In this document: piece by piece, positions 7,114-13,924 of the stretch
How the letters are laid out: each line of letters opens with the position of its first letter
Position numbering within the stretch: position 1 is the first letter of the stretch
Source: Abditibacteriaceae bacterium
Lineage (GTDB): Bacteria > Armatimonadota > Abditibacteriia > Abditibacteriales > Abditibacteriaceae
Direction: 5' to 3'
DNA: 13,924 nt
Assembly: GCA_031372065.1 (NCBI GenBank)
Contig: JANMKN010000210.1
Location: 1-13,924 of the forward strand
Program-made: the position numbers and the translations under genes
Notes under the pieces: model-generated
What the model was told of the DNA's origin: nothing
What the model saw: only the letters and a program-made list of their open reading frames with translations
The model's database searches: none

Positions 7114-8019
7114 ATGGATATTCAACTGGCGATTCACTCATCGCCGCGCTTTTCGACGTGGATATGGATTCCCGACTGGCGTTTGCTGTGCGACGCCGGC
7201 GATGGCGCCACGCAAGCGCTGGGTTATAAAATTCGGAAAATTGATACGGTTGCCATGACGCACGCCCACCGCGATCATTTAGGCGGCTTGCTGCAAGTGG
7301 TGAATCAGCGCGGCGAAGCGGGCGCTTTTGCCCTGATTTATCCATGCGGTAGCTCGTCGTTTGGCCAACTGGAAGCGTTCGCCAATAAATTTAATCCGGG
7401 CACTTCGCACAATGCCATTTGGCACAAAGCCGAAGAAGGCGACGAATTTCCGACAGGCGTTGAAGGCCGCGTTTTGAAAAGTTTCCGCACACGCCATTAT
7501 GCCGATGACAACGCCGAACGTGCGCCGCGCTCGGTGGGTTTTCATCTCATCTGGCGCAAGCTGAAAGTGAAGCCGGAATACCGTGATTTATCGCAAAAAG
7601 AACTGGACGAAGTGCGCGCTCAAATCGGACGCGACGGCATTACGTCACCGGTTGATGAAAAATGGATTACTATCGGTGGCGACGGCGTTCCTTTGTCCGC
7701 CGCAGCCATCGTGGGCACTAAATTATTGCTGCACGAAGCGACGTTTCTCTCGCCCGACGACTATGAAGCCGAAGAAGCGGGCGAAGATGTCGGTCATATG
7801 CATTCGACGGTTCTCGATGCCTTGCGCGTGGCACAAGAAGCGAAAATCGAAAACATCGTTTTGTATCACATTTCGACGCGCTACACCGATCAAGAAATTC
7901 GCGACGCCATCCGCGACACCGCGCAAAATCTCAATTTAAAAGCGCAAGTCTGGGCCGCTTTGCCGCGCCGCGTTTATTGGAATTTGCTCAAGGAAAAACC
8001 GATGTGGGACGGCGCATGA
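7114..8019 (+). CDS. rnz: Ribonuclease Z (tRNase Z), Thermotoga (TM)-type, metallo-beta-lactamase fold
   Basis: THAHRDHLGG His motif, DAGDG, short arm KLKVKPEYRDL, GD, HEATF, HST, LYHISTRY. Extended -10 TGCTACACT at 7087-7095. Confidence 0.85.
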   Translation: MDIQLAIHSSPRFSTWIWIPDWRLLCDAGDGATQALGYKIRKIDTVAMTHAHRDHLGGLLQVVNQRGEAGAFALIYPCGSSSFGQLEAFANKFNPGTSHNAIWHKAEEGDEFPTGVEGRVLKSFRTRHYADDNAERAPRSVGFHLIWRKLKVKPEYRDLSQKELDEVRAQIGRDGITSPVDEKWITIGGDGVPLSAAAIVGTKLLLHEATFLSPDDYEAEEAGEDVGHMHSTVLDALRVAQEAKIENIVLYHISTRYTDQEIRDAIRDTAQNLNLKAQVWAALPRRVYWNLLKEKPMWDGA

Positions 8020-8027
8020 GCCAATTT

Positions 8028-8264
8028 TCACAAGTTTGCGCTGTGGATTTCAATTTCTTCAAGCAGCGTTTTCTGGCGTTCTTCCCACATTTTGACTTGC
8101 CGCGCATAAGCCGAGCGTTCGCGCGGCGATAATTGCTCCCAATCGCGCGCTAAAACGCGTTTCGCTTCTTTCATATTCTGCAAAACGTCCTTTAATTGCG
8201 CGTTGGCGAGGTCGAGCAATTCCTCTGCTGAAAGCGGCGCTTCCGGTATTGATTCAGTGTTCAT
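8028..8264 (-). CDS. Small hypothetical helical/coiled-coil protein (78 aa)
   Basis: MNTESIPEAPLSAEELLDLANAQLKDVLQNMKEAKRVLARDW...; charged heptad-like pattern; ATG 8264 avoids overlap with the HTH gene. Confidence 0.6.
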   Translation of the reverse strand: MNTESIPEAPLSAEELLDLANAQLKDVLQNMKEAKRVLARDWEQLSPRERSAYARQVKMWEERQKTLLEEIEIHSANL

Positions 8265-8290
8265 AGGCAGCAAAAAGCGCCGGATTGAGT

Positions 8291-8500
8291 TCAATCCAGC
8301 GCTTTGTATTCCAAAATGTCGCCCGGTTGGCATTGCAAATGTTCACAAATCGCTTCCAAAGTCGAAAGGCGAATCGCTTTGGCTTTGCCGGTTTTTAAAA
8401 TCGAAAGATTCGGCACGCTGATGCCAACGGCGTCGGCTAAATCGTTCAGTTTCATTTTTCGTTCGGCTAACATCACGTCAAGACGCACATTGATGGGCAT
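8291..8500 (-). CDS. XRE/Cro-C1 HTH transcriptional regulator, YozG-like
   Basis: MPINVRLDVMLAERKM...LADAVGISVPNLSILKTGKAKAIRLSTLEAIC..LQCQPGDILEY is the characteristic YozG-like sequence; sits 4 nt after the DUF2975 gene. Confidence 0.92.
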   Translation of the reverse strand: MPINVRLDVMLAERKMKLNDLADAVGISVPNLSILKTGKAKAIRLSTLEAICEHLQCQPGDILEYKALD

Positions 8501-8504
8501 AATT

Positions 8505-9011
8505 TTAAACCGTCAGTTCATTTTCGGCTTGCACTTCGGCGGCTTCCTCCAAAACCCAGCCCAACATAATCAAAAATAATCCGGCCAAAATCGAGCCGAA
8601 AATCGGCGCCATCGGCGATTCTCGAATGGCACCCGGCCCACCGTAAAAGGCCACGTCCCACAAATAGCGCCCGGCGAAGGGAAACAGGCAACAGGTCGCC
8701 ATCCAGAAGCCGAAACGTTTCAGCCACAAACCGCTGCTGGCTTCAAAATAACGGCCCGCGATGAAGTTGCTGAACAAGCGTTCCAACAGCCACGCGCCCA
8801 CCAGCCAGTAGCACAATCCGCCGATGCCGATAACGGTGGCACCCGCCGAATACAAATCCGGCCCCGGCCCGCTGCGGGCGAGAAAATATGGCGGAATCAA
8901 AGCCACGATAACGAAGCCACCAAAGCCCAGCATGACACGGCACAAAGTCCGAAAGTGGTGGCTGAGACGGCTTACTTTTTCACGACGCGAGGAAGAAACT
9001 TGGTTTGTCAT
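8505..9011 (-). CDS. DUF2975-family membrane protein
   Basis: Four hydrophobic segments, GRYF, C-terminal VLEEAAEVQAENELTV typical of DUF2975; usual pairing with YozG-like HTH. ATG 9011 preferred to TTG 9047, which is the -35 box. Confidence 0.85.
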   Translation of the reverse strand: MTNQVSSSRREKVSRLSHHFRTLCRVMLGFGGFVIVALIPPYFLARSGPGPDLYSAGATVIGIGGLCYWLVGAWLLERLFSNFIAGRYFEASSGLWLKRFGFWMATCCLFPFAGRYLWDVAFYGGPGAIRESPMAPIFGSILAGLFLIMLGWVLEEAAEVQAENELTV

Positions 9012-9018
9012 GGAAGAT

Positions 9019-9047
9019 ATTATAATGAATGGGATAGCGCTTTGCAA
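9019..9047 (-). promoter_or_regulatory. Sigma70 promoter of DUF2975-HTH operon (probably leaderless transcript)
   Basis: Minus strand TTGCAA (9047-9042), 17-nt spacer, TATAAT (9024-9019), then 7 nt to ATG; no SD. Confidence 0.7.
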
Positions 9048-9053
9048 TATATT

Positions 9054-9085
9054 TTTATTGATTTACGATAAATTATTATTGATTT
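9054..9085. promoter_or_regulatory. Putative operator for the YozG-like regulator
   Basis: Imperfect inverted repeat TTTATTG-N5-CGATAAA (9054-9072); TTATTGATTT repeated 21 bp apart (9055-9064, 9076-9085). Confidence 0.5.
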
Positions 9086-11195
9086 GCGGGTAGGGCAGTT
9101 CGGTTGGGACTTGTTCGGCGCTTGCGACGCGGTCACGTCCCGCTTTTTTGGCTTGATAAAGGAAACTGTCCGTGATGCGCACCAAAGCCTCGCCGCTGTT
9201 GGCATGGTCGGGATAGCAGGCGACGCCAAGCGAGAGCGTGATTTGTCCGAGGCGTTGACCTTCATGAGTCAGCGCCAGTTCGCGCACAGCCGTGCGCAAT
9301 TGTTCGGCGCGTTGCACGGCGATATCCAGCGGGCAATTGGGCAAAATCAGCAAGAATTCTTCGCCACCGTAGCGACAGGCGATGTCCATTTTGCGGCTTT
9401 TCGATTGCAAAACTTGCGCGATTTCTTTGAGCACTAAATCGCCCGCATCGTGCCCGAAAGTGTCGTTGAATCGCTTGAAATGATCGCCGTCGAACATAAT
9501 CATGGCGACTTGATGTTTTTGGCGTTCGGCGCGCGATAATTCGCGCGCCAGCGATTCTTCCATGTAGCGGCGGTTGAAAAGGCCCGTGAGCGGGTCTCTC
9601 ACCGATTGATTGCGCAATGTGGCTTGCAGTTCGAGGTTGAACAGCGCCAGCGAAATTTGCTCTGATACGGTGCGCGCCAGTTGCAGTTTTGCTTCGGGCC
9701 ACGGCGTTGCTTCGTGCGCTCGCAAATGCAAAACGCCCAGCGTTTGGCGCTCGGCCATCAAGGGCAAACAAAGCGAGGCGGTTTCCATTGCGGGCAGGAT
9801 ATGCGCGCAACGGATTTGTGTGCGCGGGTCATCCACAACGTGCGCGCGGCCTCGGCGCAAGGCCCAACATTCGTCGGGCGCAAAATGGGGTTGCGTGCCG
9901 GTTTCGTGCGCTTCGTCTTCGCCCCAACTGACTACGACTTCGACGCGATCTTGCGACGAATTCATGAGGCATAGCGCACCGATTTCGATGGGAAACAGGC
10001 GACGGAGAGACTGCACAATGACTGCGACGGCTTCCTCGCGCGTGCGGCACGACTGGAGCATTCCGCTGAGTTCGCCGACTAAAGCCAACTCGTGTGTGAC
10101 GCGCTCTAATTCGGCGATGCTATTGTGCAGCGAAGCCTGCGTTTGTTCAAGCGCTTCCAGCATACTGTTGATGCTTTGCGCTACCTGCGCCAGTTCGCGT
10201 TCGCCGGCTACTGTGATGCGCGCTTGCACCTGACCGGCATCGCGCACACGATGCACTTCTTCACTGAGATTCGTGAGCGGCGTCAGCACAAGGCGGCGCA
10301 GCGACACGACGGTTACTAATCCGAAAACGACTGCCGAAATGAACAAGGCCAGCACTAAAGAACGTTGATTTTGCAAGCTGTTTGCATAAGCATCGCGCGG
10401 CATAATCGCTTGTAAAATCAGCAAAGGCTTGCCGTGCAAATTCGTTATCAGTTTGTAAGCGGCGAAGTGTTCTTCGTCTATCGGTTGGAGGAAAATAGCA
10501 TTTTTTTGTGCTGTGTTGCCTTGTAAATTTGCGTTGGCGACCTTAATTTCGTCGGGTAACGCTGGCTCGTCAACGGCACGAAGCGAAACTTTGGCGCCAC
10601 TCCACTCGCTCAGACGCTTCATTTCGCCAGAGTCTAAGTAACGCGCCACAATCAAGGTGCCGCGCGCCGGGCCTTTGAGTTGTGTAGTCACAATCGGGTG
10701 CAGGGAAACGATCATAGGTTGCCCTTCCACCATAAACAAGCCTCGGCGACTGTCAGTTGGCTTTTGAAACGTAGTAAGATTCTTATCTTTGCAGAGCGCC
10801 ATGATTTGCGGCGGCACAGGCGTTCTACGCTTTTTATCGGTATCGAATTTGGTGGCGAACACCGGACGGCGCGCTGTATTCAGAAAAATTATGGTGTGAA
10901 TATGCAGCAGATTGAGCGATTCGTCCAACAGATTGCTTTGACTGAAACGAGGATTGCCGGTCTTGACGAAATCTACGGCATCGTCCCAGGCCGCCCAGTC
11001 GGCAAAACGCGTGTTAAATTGCTCGGTCATTTGTTCCAACAGGCCGTTTGAGGCTCGCAAAGCCCGTTGCGCTGCATCGCGTTCCGATTCAGCGAGGTTT
11101 TTCTGAAAAACGAAGCGTGACGCAAGATACAAAGTCGCCAGCAGGCACAGAAAGCTGATGCTAAAGATCAGCAATGTTTTGCGTTGTAAGGTCAT
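9063..11195 (-). CDS. Membrane-bound diguanylate cyclase, CHASE4-HAMP-GAF-GGDEF
   Basis: TM1, DWAAWDD (CHASE4), TM2, HAMP (PLTNL...ELAQVAQSINSMLEAL), GAF with CWALRRG, DPLTGLFNRRY, DHFKRFNDTFGHDAGD, RKMD I-site, RYGGEEF, YQAKKAGRDR. Confidence 0.93.
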   Translation of the reverse strand: MTLQRKTLLIFSISFLCLLATLYLASRFVFQKNLAESERDAAQRALRASNGLLEQMTEQFNTRFADWAAWDDAVDFVKTGNPRFSQSNLLDESLNLLHIHTIIFLNTARRPVFATKFDTDKKRRTPVPPQIMALCKDKNLTTFQKPTDSRRGLFMVEGQPMIVSLHPIVTTQLKGPARGTLIVARYLDSGEMKRLSEWSGAKVSLRAVDEPALPDEIKVANANLQGNTAQKNAIFLQPIDEEHFAAYKLITNLHGKPLLILQAIMPRDAYANSLQNQRSLVLALFISAVVFGLVTVVSLRRLVLTPLTNLSEEVHRVRDAGQVQARITVAGERELAQVAQSINSMLEALEQTQASLHNSIAELERVTHELALVGELSGMLQSCRTREEAVAVIVQSLRRLFPIEIGALCLMNSSQDRVEVVVSWGEDEAHETGTQPHFAPDECWALRRGRAHVVDDPRTQIRCAHILPAMETASLCLPLMAERQTLGVLHLRAHEATPWPEAKLQLARTVSEQISLALFNLELQATLRNQSVRDPLTGLFNRRYMEESLARELSRAERQKHQVAMIMFDGDHFKRFNDTFGHDAGDLVLKEIAQVLQSKSRKMDIACRYGGEEFLLILPNCPLDIAVQRAEQLRTAVRELALTHEGQRLGQITLSLGVACYPDHANSGEALVRITDSFLYQAKKAGRDRVASAEQVPTELPYPQINNNLS

Positions 11196-11297
11196 AAGAG
11201 GTCATCCATTTTTGCCACAGCAAAATTTGACTCACCCAACAGCGCAGCGACAGAACACAGAAGAGCGACGAGACAAAATACGAACGGTAGGATTGTT

Positions 11298-11326
11298 ATT
11301 TTAATGCTACTATTTGACATAATCAA
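11298..11326 (-). promoter_or_regulatory. Candidate sigma70 promoter for the diguanylate cyclase
   Basis: Minus strand TTGATT (11326-11321), 17-nt spacer, TAAAAT (11303-11298). Confidence 0.55.
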
Positions 11327-11361
11327 GCAGACGGTGCGATTCGGTTGCCATATTTTGCCGA

Positions 11362-11390
11362 TTGACGAATCGGCGTAGTGCGGTTATGCT
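11362..11390 (+). promoter_or_regulatory. Candidate sigma70 promoter for riboswitch-btuB transcript
   Basis: TTGACG (11362-11367), 17-nt spacer, TATGCT (11385-11390); predicted TSS ~14 nt before riboswitch P1. Confidence 0.6.
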
Positions 11391-11410
11391 GGAAAGCACA
11401 ATTTGATTTT

Positions 11411-11629
11411 GGTGACCGGAAATGAATGATACCGCTTGGCATTATTCACGGGAACACTGCGGCGAGATTTAAATTTGATTTCGTCAAAGGGACGGCCCCG
11501 CCACTGTAATCGCGGACAAAGCCCCATGTCACTGAGCGAGTTTTCGCTTGGGAAGACGGGCTGCGGATGATGCGATGAGTCAGGAGACCGGCCGGTTGCC
11601 ATGCAGCACTCTTTCGAGGGGAAGGGGTG
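11411..11629 (+). ncRNA. Cobalamin (AdoCbl, class I) riboswitch
   Basis: P1 GGTGACCGG (11411-11419)/CCGGTTGCC (11592-11600); CGGGAA; ACGGCCCCGCCACTGTAA; GTCACTG...TGGGAAGAC; B12 box GAGTCAGGAGACC; P13 CACTCTTT-CGAGGGG-AAGGGGTG whose loop complements L5 CCCCG; upstream of a BtuB-like gene. Confidence 0.93.
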
Positions 11630-11637
11630 AGGCGAAT

Positions 11638-11718
11638 TTAGCTGTCAGCTTTTAGCAATTAGCTGTTAGTGGTTAGTATTAGCTTTACTGCCCACTGACC
11701 ACTGCTTGCCAACCACTG
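11638..11718. repeat. Inverted heptamer array in riboswitch expression platform
   Basis: TTAGCTG TCAGCTT TTAGCAA TTAGCTG TTAGTGG TTAGTA TTAGCTT (11638-11685) then ACTGCCC ACTGACC ACTGCTT GCCAACC ACTG (11687-11718). Confidence 0.8.
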
Positions 11719-11734
11719 CGCGCTATTCGCCTTG

Positions 11735-11771
11735 CCCCGACCAGATTTAGAAATTCTGGCCGGGGTTTTTT
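11735..11771 (+). terminator. Riboswitch-controlled attenuator terminator
   Basis: CCCCGACCAGA (11735-11745)/TCTGGCCGGGG (11755-11765) stem with one mismatch followed by TTTTTTATT, about 42 nt before the btuB start. Confidence 0.85.
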
Positions 11772-11813
11772 ATTGCCTGTGGGACTCCCTATCCGGCGGG
11801 CGAAAGCGAGATT

Positions 11814-13682
11814 ATGAACAGGACTTTTCTGACGTTGACCGCCGCCATTTTTGCTACAACAATTGCCAGCCACACGCAGGCAGAAACGCCTGCCCAAACC
11901 GCGCCCGAAGCCGATGAAACCGTAGAAATCACTTCGACGCGTTTGCCGCGCGATATTGCGCAATCGGTTTCGGCGGTGACGATCATCACGCGCCGCCAGA
12001 TTGAAGCGCAAAAACCACTGGATTTAGCCGAACTTTTAAACCGCGCGCCGGGCGTTTCGATTTCGCGCAGTGGTTCGCCCGGCCAAACCACAACTGTCCG
12101 ATTGCGCGGCGGCGAAAGCGATCATACTTTGGTGTTACTCGATGGCGTGCGCTTGAATTCGCCGTCCACGGGATTGTTTGATTTCGGGCAAATTCTGGTT
12201 GAAAATATCGAACGCATTGAAGTTTTACGCGGCCCGCAAAGTGGTTTATACGGCTCGGAGGCACTCGGCGGCGTGATTAACATCATCACGCGCTCAGGCA
12301 GTGGCCCTTTTACCACGGGCGGGCTTTTAGAATATGGTTCGCAGAATACCAACAAGCAAGTCGTCACGGCGGGCGGCGAGTTGGGGCGTGGAAAACTCAG
12401 TTTTTCGGCCACGCGATTGAAAAGTGATGGATTTTTTGCCAATGACGACTATAAAAATCTCGGCACGTCGCTACGTTATGACTTGCCAACCTCCAAAACT
12501 GGCTCGCTAAGTTTTATCACACGCTTGGAAGATGCCAAAAGCGGCGCGCCGAATCAACGCGCTTTGGCCTTTGACCCCAATGCCCGCGCCAAATCGCAGA
12601 ACTGGACGAGTAGCGTGCAATGGAACAACGCGGGCGAAAAACGTCGCGACAAGATTTCGCTTGGCTTTTTTGATCGCAAATATCGCTACGACAATCCGAT
12701 AGACGCGCCCGGCGGCTCGTTTGATAATAATCAGTTCGACGACCAAGATGCGCAGTTGGAAGCGCAAACTTCGTTCTTGCGCGGGCCTCATACGCTAACA
12801 TTCGGCGGTGATTATCGCCGCGAAAAGGCCAATCTTTCCTTCAAAAGTGGTGGCCCTTTTGGGCCGTTTGCCGCCAATTTCACGCCCAAACGTAGCAATT
12901 GGGCGCTATTTGGACAAGATGAATTTCGCAAGGCCAAATTTTCCATTGTGCCGTCATTGCGCTACGAAAACAACGAACAATTTGGCGGCGATGTTAATGG
13001 CCGCTTGGCGGGCGCTTATCAATTAAATAAAGGCCGCTTAAAAGCCAGCATCGGCACGGGTTTTCGTGCGCCGACGTTTAATGAATTATATTTTCCAAAC
13101 TTTGGCAACGTGAATCTCAAGCCCGAACAAAGCACAGGCTTTGATTTCGGCTACGAGCGCCCGACTAAAGGCGGCGGGCGCGTCGAAGCAACGCTATTCT
13201 ACAACCGCTTCCGCAACTTAATCGGCAGTGACCCGGTTACTTTTTTGCCCACTAACATTGACCGTGCGACGACCAAAGGCGTGGAATTATTCCTTTCGCA
13301 GCCGGTGGCGAAGAATTGGAATTTAACGTGGAATCAGACCGTGCAAAGTGTGGATTCGGTTAATCAGCAATATATTTTGCGCCGTCCGAAATATGCTACT
13401 GCCATTGATGCGATTTACAAAAATGAGCGCTGGAACGCTGATTTTGCTGTGATTTCGCAAGGCCGCCGCTTCGACGACAATTTCGTCTTCGGCCCCGGTA
13501 ATGTGCGCGGCTTCTATTCGGGTTTTATACGCTTGGATTTGACTCTCGGCTATGATTTAAAGCCGAATTTAGAAATCTACGCGCGCGCCGGAAACTTGCT
13601 GAATCGTAAATACGAAGAAGTCGCCGGTTATCCCGCGCCACGTTTTAATATCGTGTTTGGTATTAAGGCCAAAGCCTTCTGA
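11814..13682 (+). CDS. btuB: TonB-dependent vitamin B12 receptor (BtuB-like)
   Basis: Signal peptide, TonB box ETVEITSTR, plug motifs LRGGESDHTLVLLDGVRLN and IERIEVLRGPQSGLYGSEALGGVINIIT, GFRAPTFNELY, NLKPEQS, C-terminal NLLNRKYE...F; 622 aa; preceded by cobalamin riboswitch. Confidence 0.9.
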   Translation: MNRTFLTLTAAIFATTIASHTQAETPAQTAPEADETVEITSTRLPRDIAQSVSAVTIITRRQIEAQKPLDLAELLNRAPGVSISRSGSPGQTTTVRLRGGESDHTLVLLDGVRLNSPSTGLFDFGQILVENIERIEVLRGPQSGLYGSEALGGVINIITRSGSGPFTTGGLLEYGSQNTNKQVVTAGGELGRGKLSFSATRLKSDGFFANDDYKNLGTSLRYDLPTSKTGSLSFITRLEDAKSGAPNQRALAFDPNARAKSQNWTSSVQWNNAGEKRRDKISLGFFDRKYRYDNPIDAPGGSFDNNQFDDQDAQLEAQTSFLRGPHTLTFGGDYRREKANLSFKSGGPFGPFAANFTPKRSNWALFGQDEFRKAKFSIVPSLRYENNEQFGGDVNGRLAGAYQLNKGRLKASIGTGFRAPTFNELYFPNFGNVNLKPEQSTGFDFGYERPTKGGGRVEATLFYNRFRNLIGSDPVTFLPTNIDRATTKGVELFLSQPVAKNWNLTWNQTVQSVDSVNQQYILRRPKYATAIDAIYKNERWNADFAVISQGRRFDDNFVFGPGNVRGFYSGFIRLDLTLGYDLKPNLEIYARAGNLLNRKYEEVAGYPAPRFNIVFGIKAKAF

Positions 13683-13688
13683 ACAGTT

Positions 13689-13742
13689 AACCCCCACCCC
13701 CGGCCCTGCCCCTTGAAACGGGGATGGGCCGGGGATGGGGTT
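13689..13742. repeat. GC-rich hairpin (REP-like element or terminator) after btuB
   Basis: AACCCCCACCCCCGGCCCTGCCCC-TTGAAAC-GGGGATGGGCCGGGGATGGGGTT, imperfect inverted repeat, no long T-tract. Confidence 0.7.
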
Positions 13743-13856
13743 CCTGTCCTCAAAACAAATAAATTACATCTATTCAAAATAATAACTCAACGCTATAATG
13801 TGTTTCAACGTGTCTTCAATGCAAGATACGAATTCTCAGTTTCAAGGGAGAAAGAC

Positions 13857-13924
13857 GTGGCACATTATGTTTTACCGCAGCCTTTGACGGCGGCACAGTT
13901 GGATGAGATTAATGATCACCTCAC
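13857..13924 (+). CDS. Start of an unidentified gene, truncated by the window edge
   Basis: SD AAGGGAG 6 nt before GTG; open frame MAHYVLPQPLTAAQLDEINDHL...; TATAAT at 13794-13799. Confidence 0.5.
   Translation, partial: MAHYVLPQPLTAAQLDEINDHL

Noticed and set aside
8265..8333. N-terminal extension of the small ORF to 8333
   Set aside because: Overlaps the HTH gene end; ATG 8264 is more parsimonious.
8028..8500. HTH plus small protein as a toxin-antitoxin pair
   Set aside because: HTH belongs to the DUF2975-associated family and the small protein has no toxin motif.
9084..11051. Multiple long overlapping ORFs within the cyclase gene
   Set aside because: Antisense or off-frame shadows with no motifs or SD.
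11314..11319. Plus-strand perfect TTGACA
   Set aside because: No acceptable -10 at 16-18 nt spacing; the 11362-11390 pair fits better.
11384..12091. Track ORFs over the riboswitch and btuB start
   Set aside because: Explained by the riboswitch, attenuator and btuB; no coding features.

Overview
Bacterial chromosomal window (~50% GC, diderm because it carries a TonB-dependent receptor; the gene mix suggests an Abditibacteriota/Armatimonadota-like lineage, which is inference only). In order: 5' part of ilvE (minus, runs off the left edge), divergent ftsE-ftsX, a convergent cold-shock protein gene with a consensus sigma70 promoter and ~190-nt leader, an orphan flavin-dependent halogenase-like gene, a FecR-domain protein, a small kinase-like gene, a Thermotoga-type RNase Z, a DUF2975/YozG-like HTH/small coiled-coil cassette, a CHASE4-HAMP-GAF-GGDEF diguanylate cyclase, a cobalamin riboswitch controlling a BtuB-like receptor, and the start of another gene at the right edge. 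I see no mobile element, CRISPR, tRNA or rRNA, and I cannot support a new multi-gene system. The most unusual signals are non-coding: three arrays of degenerate 7-bp repeats arranged as inverted arms inside transcribed leader or intergenic regions (before ftsE, between ftsE and ftsX, and inside the riboswitch antiterminator), and a cobalamin riboswitch whose P4 T-loop appears replaced by a long hairpin. Protein-level oddities are a ~120-aa FtsE C-terminal extension, the orphan halogenase and the TM-type RNase Z.
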